Below are positions 9,643 through 21,044 of a stretch of 64,000 nucleotides of DNA, in pieces. A program made the translations under genes and the position numbers. The stretch's first letter is position 1; each line of letters starts with the position of its first letter. The stretch is from Macrostomum lignano (taxonomy: Eukaryota). Below the pieces are notes generated by a model. That model made no database searches, had not been told where the DNA came from, and saw nothing but the letters and a program-made list of their open reading frames with translations. The DNA is taken from positions 90,381 through 154,380 of the forward strand of contig NIVC01002632.1 of the NCBI GenBank assembly GCA_002269645.1, written 5' to 3'.

Positions 9643-12600
9643 TTAGGGCCGCTGTACACTCCTGTGTGAGTGTGTGCCTGCGTACGTATCCGCGCGCTTG
9701 TGTGCCTGCTCAGGGGAGTCCGCGGAATGGGCAGTAATGCCTCTCGCCGGTTGTGTGCCTATGTCGCTTAAAGTGCGCCAGGGTGCACACAACCCCCTGC
9801 CTCTAATAAAAAATAATAGTATAACAACAGTTATAAGGCAATATATTAGCAATTACTTAATGCAATAAAAAACCATTGACAAAAAATGCCAATGATGGTC
9901 TTACAGTAAAAGTTTTAAAAATATAAAGTGATGTTTTGTCCTCAAAGAAACGAATTTTAGTCATTCATCCTCATCATCAACCTTCAAAGAAGCCTTCTTA
10001 ACACAGTCTCCACCTGTACCAACACAATTTTCCTACCCCTTGAGCATTCCATACCTTTGGCCTTCTTTGGACAGCATACTCATGATATAGTGTCAAAAAT
10101 CACAAATATCAAAACACTTGACTAAGCAAAATTTTGCAAGGTGCAAAACAGTGAGATTTGCTTACAAGTGACAGAGTGTACATAATATTCAATGTAGAAG
10201 TGGTGGACAGTAAGAGATTGATGCACTGTGCATTACAGCCATTTTGTGTATGCTTGTACTTGCATGCTGTAAACAAGATCCATAAGAAACTAAGTTATGT
10301 ACTTCACCTTTTACTGTAAGACTTTCAGTGGCATTGCAATAGTTTTATCATAACTTTTGAAGGAAATGACCAAATACACACAACTGAATTCATCTGAAAA
10401 AGAGATATGCTGCTTTAAAATGACACCAAAGTTGTGCTTATAGCTGCTGTCAAAACTTTCTGGATACCTCATATTGCATTGGCACTGACCTTAATAAAGT
10501 TATAACATATTTAAAAGCTTAAGATAGTATATTACATAAGCAATATTTACAATTTAAGGAAGAACAAAAAGTCATATTCTTAAACTTTTACAAGGCAATT
10601 TTTAGATCTAAAGCTTGTTGATATCTAGATAACTAGGTAGCTTTTAGATTTGCCACATTATTTTTTCAAAAATACCACCAACTATTTGCCAAAAAATTGC
10701 TATAATAAACAGCATACTTATTTTGCTAAACACCTATCTACAGAAATAGCTAGGCCCTACTACTCATTAAAAATATAACATACAATGTATTATGCATTTT
10801 TGTTTGAAAAAACAATATAATAATATTTTATAATTACAATATATCATTGAGATATTGCTTTAAATTTAGAAATCAATTAGGAAATAATTGATCCTCAACT
10901 ATGTTAAATGCCATGGTATATAAAAAACAGTTACAAATAAATGGAAAAAAATTCCAATCAATAACAAAAATGGGCTCAATCAATAATATCAGCTATCACA
11001 CAACTGGGCACAGTCATAAGTGTTTCACAACAGTAATTTGTTTTGCAACATTCTGCTTAGCACAGTGAGTAATATATACATGTATTGATTAGTATGATTA
11101 TGTCATAAATCTGACAACTGTGCTAAAAACAGTTGAAGAAAGTTATAAATGTGCCAATAAGTATAGTTTTGGCAAAGTTAACATAATTGCAGATTTTTTT
11201 AGGACAATTATTTTTCTGCTGGGAAATTATTTCATTTAAGTCCAAGCTATGATACTTAGGCATACTGTATACCTTGCCTTTTAGGGAATATACTCTATAG
11301 AAACTAAAATTAATACAAGGAATCCCTGAGATTGATAATGATATACTAATTTTTATTATTTAAAGTTAGAATTTTTTTCAAATTACCTCTGCATTAAACG
11401 GACATAACTGTCATAACGATAGTTTGAATATAAGCATAAGCTACACGCTACAAGTATAGCATAAATTATTAAAGCTAATAATAATATATTGACCTTAAAA
11501 AATTAGTCTAGGAAAATTGTCTTTTTAGGTTGGTAACTTTCTTCGTATTTATTGGAAAAGGTTCGCAAGGTTCATTCAGTACATTAATTTACCGTTTTTT
11601 AGCTCTAAACGCGTCAATTTTAAGAATATTTGTTCTAATAAAAAGTTTAATTTGAAATAGTACGCATTATATGACTTTAACAAACCATGGAAGGCACTCG
11701 TTTTAGAAACTCGACCGAAAAGGGTTTTAGATTGAGAAAAACGTCGTAATAATCACACTGGTGTGAAAATTCTGACTCCACCAGCACTGCCCCTTCTTTT
11801 TGAGTTTGTAGCCGTGTGCGACAATTCTCCGATCCATATAGCTTGCTATTGGTAACACTCGGGAGCCTGTTGAGCGTGCGTGAGTGCGCGCCTACGATTA
11901 ATGGCTTAATTTCGAGCTGTCTGGTTGGTTGCTTGAAGCAAAGCTTGGCAGTCTGCTTCCCACCCATCTGCAACCACGTTTCCGGTTCTCCCTTCCCTTC
12001 CAATTATGTTTTCTCTTCCGGTCTACTCATGTACATGTATATTACACACCCATCTGCATGACGTGCATACGTATTTGCAAATGCATGAGGTCCTGGGGTG
12101 AGCATGGAGCTTTTGGGCCCGCAGCAGCTCGAGGACCCTGTCAGACTTTTTATATTGTTTGAGTAAAGGGCAAGACATTTTTAATTGGGGTTGTTTGCAA
12201 GCGGGTTTTGTTGCTTGATTTTGGGCCATATATATGGCACATGTACGCAGTGTATGTGTAAAATCACGCTAAAATTACATGACATGAAATTGAATATCAT
12301 CATATAATAGAGGGATAGCTGGTCTAATAAAGCTAAAACTCTGATCTACTCGGTGGTGATAATATAATTGAGATAATCTCTGGCTTTATTATGAGTTCAA
12401 GCTACTAGGAGAACCAGTATATGAGGTGAGACAACTTAATTTACGTTGGTTCGAAGAGACATATGGGCTCCTGTGGCCGTATGCCCCTGGGCCGAAGATA
12501 CAGGTTTTTCTGATAAATAATTAATTTATACAGACCGTTAAGGAAATGCATTTTTCATAGTACCGCTAGTAGTACATTTTTGTAATTTGGTACATACTGT

Positions 12601-13441
12601 ACATGTAATCGGATGTATGCCATCCAGAGCGCATGTACACTGTAATTGAACCGACGAATAATTCGACTGAGAAATGTTTTTCAAGGCCGATTCACTACAC
12701 ATGTGGACTAATTGCCAAACTGGAGTTTACATGTATAAATACTATGTACATCCTGAGCCATTCTAATAGGCCAAAGAAATCCAAATATTTAGGGGGGGGG
12801 GGTAATACGTATTAATTCTAAGAAAATCGAGTTTAAGCGCACGCGTTCGATTTTCCGTCCTTTTCTCCGTTCTCAAACGGTTCTATCGTTCACGCGATTA
12901 TTGTTGTCCTTCGTATGAGTTGTTAGCTCTGATCTATCCTTGCTAGATATAGATAGATCAGATCACATCTAGATCACAATTCTAACTCTTCTTTTCTTCT
13001 ACGAGTATTTCCTAAACTATGCTTATTAATATATAATCACAGCTTCCATTCTCTTTCTACATCATTTAAACAGCATGCATGAATTAGGCATTGCACATGT
13101 ATCAATCAGCCTTCCTTCTAGAAATGTTTACGAACTTCATCTGCCTGTCAGTAGTGACATGTACAGCGGAGCTAGCTAGCTACTAAACATGAAGCAGTGA
13201 CGGGGTTAAAACTAAACAACTTTTCTATCCACTAAATGCCTTATATTATTCGAATAAGATTGATGCATACAGAGAGCATCAACTTATTAAGGTGTTTAGA
13301 ACTCGAGCCTACTATACGGCAACACGTCTTACCGCGCCACTATGCAAAATATGTCGACTTTATCGTTTTTCTATTTGCTACTTTTTGTTGCAGGGACGGT
13401 ACAAGTGTGTGCCATTGAGTTGCAATTCACTGAGCGAACAA

Positions 13442-15868
13442 ATGAAAGCGAATGTACTTGCAGCTGGACTGCTATGGGTGCTGCAATGTACAACTTCCGT
13501 AAGTATTAATGCATCTTTAATGCTGGTAGTCCGAAAAGGCCGACTGCTCCATCGTCATCGCTGATTGACTGCCTTTGCCAGGTTGAGTCCAACTGCAACA
13601 GAGCGATTGGCTGTCGGTGGGACCGAGGCAGCGACTCCTGCGGCCCCTTCCAGATTAAACTGGCCTACTGGCAGGACGCCTGCGAATATGCCGGCCGAAA
13701 GCTGGGCGGCGGTGAGTGCGCGGTAGCCAATTTGGCAGCCCATGACTAGCAAAATTGTAGATGACCAACAGGCAACCCACCGAAAACCCTGAGGCAACCC
13801 GCAGACAACCTGCTGGCAATCTTTAGACAATCCTCCGATAAAGCTTCGAAAACCCACAGACAACCCACAAGAACCATACGGACAACCAACAAAAACCTTA
13901 CAGAAAACCTACAGACAATCTACAGACAACACACAGACAACCCACAGACAACCCACAGATAACCTACAGACAACCCACAGAAAACCTACAGACAATCTAC
14001 AGACAACACACAGACAACCCACAGACAACCCACAGATAACCTACAGACAACCCACAGAAAACCTACAGACAATCTACAGACAACACACAGACAACCCACA
14101 GACAACCTACAGATAACCTACAGACAACCCACAGAAAACCTACAGACAATCTACAGACAACACACAGACAACCCACAGACAACCCACAGATAACCTACAG
14201 ACAACCCACAGAAAACCTACAGACAACCCACAGTCAAGCAACAGATAATCCACAGACAACCCACAGATAACCTACAGACAACCCACAGATAATCCACAGA
14301 CAACCCACAGATAACCTACAGACAACCCACAGAAAACCTACAGACAACCCGCAGACAACCCACAGACAACCCACCGATAACCTACAGACAAGCAACAGAC
14401 AACCCACAAACAACCCACAGACAACCCACAGACAACCCACAGAAAACCCACAGAAAACCTACAGACAATCTACAGACAACACACAGACAACCCACAGATA
14501 ACCTACAGACAACCCACAGACAACCCACCGATAACCTACAGACAAGCAACAGATAACCTACAGACAAGCAACAGATAATCCACAGACAACCCACAGATAA
14601 TCCACAGACAACCCACAGATAACCTACAGACAACCCACAGATAATCCACAGACAACCCACAAATAACCTACAGACAACCCACAGAAAACCTACAGACAAC
14701 CCACAGACAACCCACAGACAACCCACCGATAACCTACAGACAAGCAACAGACAACCCACAAACAACCCACAGACAACCCACAGACAACCCACAGAAAACC
14801 CACAGAAAACTCATAGACAACCACAGAAAACCTACGGACAACCCACAGACAACCCACAGATAACCTACAGACAACTCACAGAAAACTCACAGACAACCAC
14901 AGAAAACCTATGGACAACCCACAGACAACGCACAAGTATGCAAATGATTTCCCCTATAAAAAGCATAAAATAAAAATTGTAAACGTCATAGTTTACGTAC
15001 ATGCCGTTTAACTCTCCAGATTGGAAGAACTGCACAACAGGACCAAACAACATGGCCTGCTCTGTGGAAGCAGTTAAAAACTATCTGGCCAGATACGGTC
15101 AGTACTGTGTGGGCAAAGGCAAAGTGCCAACCGACGAGGTAAGAGGGAAACAGTGGCGGTTGCATGCACGAGCTACGGTATTTCTTTTTTGTCTTGACCC
15201 CACTGACTCCCGTTATTGGGACTTTCCTGACTCCTGTTTTGGGAGCTTCTTGACTCCCGTTTTTGGGACTTTCCTGACTCCCGTTTTTGGGACCTTCCTG
15301 ACTCCCGTTTTGGGACTTTCCTGACTCCTGTTTTGGGAGCTTCTTGACTCCCGTTTTTGGGACTTTCCTGACTCCCGTTTTTGGGACCTTCCTGACTCCC
15401 GTTTTGGGACCTTCCTGACTCCCATTTTGGGACCTTCCTGACTCCCGTTTGGGACCTTCCTGACTCCCGTTTTGGGACCTTCCTGACTCCCGTTTTGGGA
15501 CCTTCCTGACTCCCATTTTAGGACCTTTCTGATTCTTGTTTTGGGACCTTCGTAACTACCGTTTGGGACCTTCCTGACTCCCGTTTTAGGACCCTTCTGA
15601 CTTCCATTTCGGGACCTTCCTGACTCCCATTTTACCAGCTACTCCCATTTTGACTGCCTTAAGCCGCACTAACCTTAATCTCGTTCTACATATAACATAT
15701 CGACTGTCACGCTTCTCTCCGAAGGACTACGCCAGAATTCACAACGGAGGACCGAACGGCTGCAAGAAGGCGTCGACTTTGGCTTACTGGAAACGGGTGC
15801 AGGCCTGCATGCCGCGCTCTAGCCAGTGGTACCTCTGGATATACTTTTGTTATAACATGCATGGCTAA
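13442..15868 (+). CDS. Invertebrate-type (i-type/destabilase) lysozyme
   Basis: Signal peptide MKANVLAAGLLWVLQCTTS (13442-13498). Exon about 13530-13711 encodes IDCLCQVESNCNRAIGCRWDRGSDSCGPFQIKLAYWQDAC; exon 15020-15138 encodes DWKNC...ACSVEAVKNYLARYG; exon 15725-15868 encodes DYARIHNGGPNGCKKASTLAYWKRVQAC. The exon 1/2 junction is phase-inconsistent as written. Confidence 0.9.
13850..14930. repeat. 10-bp degenerate minisatellite (CACAGACAAC variants) in a lysozyme intron
   Basis: About 1.1-kb array; source of ORFs 14234-14792. Confidence 0.92.
15215..15640. repeat. About 23-bp minisatellite (GGGACCTTCCTGACTCCCGTTTT) in a lysozyme intron
   Basis: Tandem variant copies between donor 15139 and acceptor 15724. 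Confidence 0.9.
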
Positions 15869-16047
15869 ATTGACAGAGAATGCTCCTACTGAGAGAAACA
15901 CTAAAAATGGGACAATTAAAGTTTAAATTCTAACAATAACTTGAGATAACGTAAAATTTCAGATTGCTCAAGTTTTTTTAAGTTTACATAAGAGTCAACT
16001 AAGCTCAACAATGGCAGGAGCTCAATTTATGTCATCTCGCTGCATGG

Positions 16048-16685
16048 CCTAAGGGGACAGGGGACAGGGGCACTCACCAAGAGACAGGGGCACCCACCGA
16101 GAGACAGGGGCACCCACCGAGAGACAGGGGCACTCACCGAGAGACAGGGGCACTCACCGAGAGACAGGGGCACTCACCAAGAGACAGGGGCACCCACCGA
16201 GAGACAGGGGCACTCACCGAGAGACAGGGGCACTCACCGAGAGACAGGGGCACCCACCGAGAGACAGGGGCACTCACCGAGAGACAGGGGCACTCACCGA
16301 GAGACAGGGGCACTCACCAAGAGACAGGGGCACCCACCGAGAGACAGGGGCACCCACCGAGAGACAGGGGCACTCACCGAGAGACAGGGGCACTCACCGA
16401 GAGACAGGGGCACCCACCGAGAGACAGGGGCACTCACCAAGAGACAGGGGCACCCACCGAGAGACAGGGGCACCCACCGAGAGACTGGGGCACTCACCGA
16501 GAGACAGGGGCACCCACCGAGAGACAGGGGCACTCACCGAGAGACAGGGGCACTCACCAAGATACAGGGGCACCCACCGAGAGACAGGGGCACTCACCGA
16601 GAGACAGGGGCACCCACCGAGAGACAGGGGCACACATCAAGAGACCGGGGGCGCTCACAAAGAGACAGGAGGCACCCACCGAGAC
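16048..16685. repeat. 20-bp minisatellite (GAGACAGGGGCACTCACCGA), about 30 copies, intergenic
   Basis: Directly visible. Confidence 0.95.
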
Positions 16686-17007
16686 AGCAAGACAGTGTAA
16701 GCTATTGTTCCTATCCAAGCATCAACAATACGTATTTAAACAAAAAAAATTTATCCAGAAAATATATCTAATTAAGAATGATAAATTTCGATAAACACGT
16801 TTTGGTAACGTGTTTTGGTAACGTACGTTCGATATTTTTTGCTAACTTTTTGCATCCAATAAAAGAATTATATTATTATTATCTATCTGATTTCGACAAT
16901 AAAACTTGAATTCGAACGACGCTTATTTATGTTTTAATTAATCATGTTTAAAACAAACATTTGTTTATGTTTTAATTTAATTTTCTACAAAGCAGTCATG
17001 CCAGCCA

Positions 17008-19917
17008 CTAAAGCTCGTTGCACATGAGAGCGACCTGCAGGACGCCTGGAAACGGGTCCCAATCAGTGGGCATAAACGGGCCGCCAAACAGCTGCCTGAA
17101 AGGCTCCTTCATGACTGACGACTTCCAGTTCAAAGTGACCGCCGATCGGGACACATTTTCAATCCGCAAATGCCTGCCGAATAGTTCGCGAATCTCACCC
17201 AAGAACACCGGATGCGGCGGCAGCGGGAACACCGTCGGATCGTACTCGACAGTCTCGATCAGGATGTGAAAGTTCTCAGCCCGGCAGTGCATCAGCTGTC
17301 GCACGTAGGCCTTTCTCTGGTCGACGTTCAGGCAGGCGAATGCGCAGCGGTCCCACACAAAGTTGTAGTGATGGTCCAGGTAAGACGAGCAGGTGAAGAA
17401 GTTGCAAACAAATATTCGAAGTCGTCGATCGGAAGTTCGACAGAACAGAGTGCCGCTGGGCAGGAGGCAGCGCTCCAGCTTTAGGTCTGGGTTGCTCTGC
17501 AAACGAATATGAGTTCGTGGTTTGTTGGTGCGTTGGAGAAAGTTCTCAAATCGATTTAGTTAAAAGAATTTAGGAATCTGGGGCTCCGGCATCTAAGGGT
17601 TCGATTTCCCCTCTTGTAGTTGTACTCCTTTTGAGTCTTCGCAGCAAGAGACCGTATTTACGGTCTTTCGAGAGCGTCGGACTCACGACTGAAAGGTCGG
17701 GAGTTCGATTCTCGACCCACTCGGAAGAATTTGTGTTCTTGAGCAATACACTTAACTCTGCATTGCTTCAGTTCACCCAGCTGTAAAATGGGTGCCAGCA
17801 TTAGCTGGGGTAATTGAGGGTGTGTGGCGACCCCCAGTCCTTGGACTGAACAGCCGTACGCAGCCTTCAGATGCACCGCGCAATAGCTGCGGCTGAGCTG
17901 TCGGTTGCACATCTGGCCCATTAGGGCAGGTGCAATAAAATAAATAATATAAATAAATCTCCTTTTGAGATTCCTTTCGAACAGAATGGTTAGGGATCTT
18001 GATCACAAAAATTAGCCATAATTATAACGCCTTTAAGCCAAAGGAAAAAGACAGGGATTAAAACGCCTTAAGGCCTCAATCAAACAAACCCTGCCACTCA
18101 CACTGATGAAGGCGTTCACCACTCGCTGGTTGCTGTCAATACCGGTGACGCAGACGCCCTGCCTGTACAGCCAGACCAGGTCCTTGGAGCAGCCGCACAT
18201 CGGCACCAGAACGTAGAATCCGCGCTTAGACAAACTGCTGTCAGTGACGCCCAGACGATGCACGATGGAGTCCCAATAGCGAACCAGACTCTCCGACACT
18301 TCCAATCGATGCCAATAGGGTCGCACAGTTGTCTTGCTGTTGCCGAACGTGTGAAAGTACACGCCGTCCCAGAGATCCTCGTCCATCATGAGGCGTCGAT
18401 AGGAGGCTACTAAGGAGAATAGAGGCTCCACGGCCGCTAGGTACATGCTCTGCACTTTCTGACGCTCGTCCTTTGTGTCGATGCTGGCCTGATAGAGAGA
18501 GAGAAGAGAAAAAATGTTGTGAAAGAAGACTACTCGTTAAGACGTTGTAGGTTTAATAATACACGTGAAACTGCTGCGTTGCTTATATTGTGGCGTTGCG
18601 GTCTGAGTATTACTGTAAACCGCTAACGCACCATAGAATCAAGGGAGAAGCAAGGGAGTACGCTTGTTATCACATGGGTGTGCAGCGGCCGTGACTTCCC
18701 CTCGTTAGGCATGTACATACACTTTGTGTCTTGCGGCTTGGCTCTCATGGGCCCGAATTGCACAAAGCACCCGACCAGCTTTCCTGGAAGAGCTACAGGA
18801 ATCGAACCCTGGACCAGAGCATTTCTTTACTCTATAGCCTATCTTTAACGTTAAAAACTTGTTGAATCGTGTTAAAATTGCTTATTTAATGTAAATTTAT
18901 ATGCAGATGCATTATTGTAGGTAACCAAGGTGAAAAAACCTAATAAATCAGTCAGAAGTTCTCACCGATTTAGTTTGAAGTTGTTGCGACCGATTGAAAA
19001 ATGAAGCAGTCTGCAATGAAGAAAAACATTTTTTACTCATTGACGGTTAAAGAAGATCTCAGGAAAGTTCATGGAGAGCACATGATGAACTCAGGGAGAG
19101 CACATGATGAACTCAGGGAGAGCACATGATGAACTCAGGGAGAGCACATGATGAACTCAGGGAGAGCACATGATGAACTCAGGGAGAGCACATGATGATG
19201 AACTCAGGGAGAGCACATGATGAACTCAGGGAGAGCACATGATGAACTCAGGGAGAGCACATGATGAACTCAGGGAGAGCACATGATGAACTCAGGGAGA
19301 GCACATGATGAACTCAGGGAGAGCACATGATGATGAACTCAGGGAGAGCACATGATGAACTCAGGGAGAGCACATGATGAACTCAGGGAGAGCACATGAT
19401 GAACTCAGGGAGAGCACATGATGAACTCAGGGAGAGCACATGATGATGAACTCAGGGAGAGCACATGATGAACTCAGGGAGAGCACATGATGAACTCAGG
19501 GAGAGCACATGATGAACTCAGGAAGAGCACATGATGAACTCAGGGAGAGCACATGATGAACTCAGGGAGAGCACATGATGAACTCAGGGAGAGCACATGA
19601 TGATGAACTCAGGGAGAGCACATGATGAACTCAGGGAGAGCACATGATGAACTCAGGGAGAGCACAGAGCAAGCCTAAGTAGCTCAATAGTTAAATAATA
19701 ATTTTTTATAAAGGATAACGCTAACAGTAAAGTAATAAATAATAGCAAATCAAACAAATCAATACTTTAAGTTAACCAGGCGACCGAAGCACATCCCGGA
19801 AGCGAAACTCACCGTTGGCTTTGATAGCCGCGAGACGCCCAGAGCCACTATTGGCTCGTCAAGCAGCAGCCCCGTCGACGGGTTGTCGCGATTTTCGATT
19901 TGAACTTTCGACTGCAT
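17008..19917 (-). CDS. TPMT: Thiopurine S-methyltransferase-like SAM-dependent methyltransferase, 3 exons
   Basis: Exons 19917-19813, 18488-18102, 17496-17008, all phase 0. Motifs VLVPMCGCSKDLVWLYRQGVCVTGID, YNFVWDRCAFACL and VEYDPTVFPLPPHPVFLGEIRELFG match TPMT VFxPLCGKAxxMxWxADxGHxVVGVE, FDMIWDRGALVAI and [25 protein letters not shown]. Exon 1 assignment is less certain. Confidence 0.85.
17670..17865 (+). mobile_element. tRNA-derived SINE with CORE-like central domain (family B), in TPMT intron 2
   Basis: B box GAGTTCGATTC followed by GTGTTCTTGAGCAATACACTTAACTCTGCATTGCTTCAGTTCACCCAGCTGTAAAATGGG; a second copy lies at 49024-49480 (-). Confidence 0.75.
18702..18820 (-). mobile_element. SINE family A copy, 5'-truncated, in TPMT intron 1
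   Basis: Reverse complement gives GGTTCGATTCC (B box) and GTGCAATTCGGGCCCATGAGAGCCAA...GTACATGCCTAACGA, matching 9454-9642. Confidence 0.65.
19076..19668. repeat. 22-bp minisatellite (CATGATGAACTCAGGGAGAGCA) with recurrent 25-bp variant, in TPMT intron 1
   Basis: Variant with an extra TGA at 19191, 19326, 19439 and 19596 (spacings 135, 113, 157). Confidence 0.95.
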
Positions 19918-20117
19918 ATCGATTGAATTGACAAGTGAGGCTTTGATTAACCTTGGTTTGTGTGGATGGCTAAATGGGTGATTTAGCGTGTAAATGGAAA
20001 CTGTTAATAATTTTCTGTAGTACCTGGTAATTACCCTAGACAAAATTTATGCTATTTCAATTTTATTTTTGGATTCTATTTTACTTATTATATAGTATGT
20101 TGTATTGCATAGCTGTG

Positions 20118-20320
<203 letters not shown>

Positions 20321-20739
20321 CATCATTGATCAAAGTGATCATTGATCACTTCATTTTTAAAAACAGAAAGATGCTAAGAATACATAAGTCGATGTTTTAA
20401 TTGCACCTTTTTGTTCTGTTTCCCTTGGCGAGAAGCTTGAAAAAGTTTTTTAAGAGTTCTTTATTGTTTACATATTTTGGTTACAAACTTACGTAGAAAA
20501 TTCACAAGTAATAGAAATGTAATGCAACGATTAGCTCATACATACTAAATTAACAAGAAAAAAGAGCTTCAATTTATCCGCTTATAGAGATGCGTTATGA
20601 GATTCACAATATGGCAAAACAGACGACACAAAAGTGAACTTACAAACGGTACACTCGGTTAGTTTTTAAAATTATTTGTGGTTCTTTTATGAAAGTCAAC
20701 CAACCGAACCCGCCACCCCCACCCCAACCCCACTACTCC

Positions 20740-20965
20740 GCTAAAGCAGTCACCCAGCCCCGCAACCCCCTAACACCGCAGTCACCCAGCCCCGCAACCC
20801 CCCAACACCGCAGTCACCCAGCCCCGCAACCCCCCAACACCGCAGTCACCCAGCCCCGCAACCCCCCAACTCCGCAGTCACCCAGCCCCGCAACCTCCCA
20901 ACACCGCAGTCACCCAGCCCCGCAACCCCCCAACTGGCACCCAGCCCCGCAACCCCCAACTCCGC
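20740..20965. repeat. 32-bp C-rich minisatellite (CAGTCACCCAGCCCCGCAACCCCCCAACACCG)
   Basis: About 7 copies just downstream of the GPCR stop. Confidence 0.9.
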
Positions 20966-21044
20966 AGTTGTGCAGGCTGCCAGGCCAAAAACAGATTGAG
21001 TTTAAGAATTATCGATCTTTAAAAGCGTTATTCACCGTAGGAAC

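Noticed and set aside
9950-10500. Cys-containing fragments on the minus strand reminiscent of a decayed transposase
   Set aside because: Short, stop-ridden, with no motif I can name with confidence.
11677-12229. Short overlapping ORFs (108, 81, 77, 68 aa)
   Set aside because: No recognisable domain or phase-compatible splice sites; could not be tied to the missing BLOC1S5 first exon.
14234-15516. Repetitive LSVGCLWVVC and GSQEGPKT ORFs
   Set aside because: Antisense translations of lysozyme intron minisatellites.
19076-19668. Regularly spaced repeats that might suggest a CRISPR array (also 42925-44150 and 53135-54085)
   Set aside because: Head-to-tail units with no unique spacers, eukaryotic context and no cas genes.
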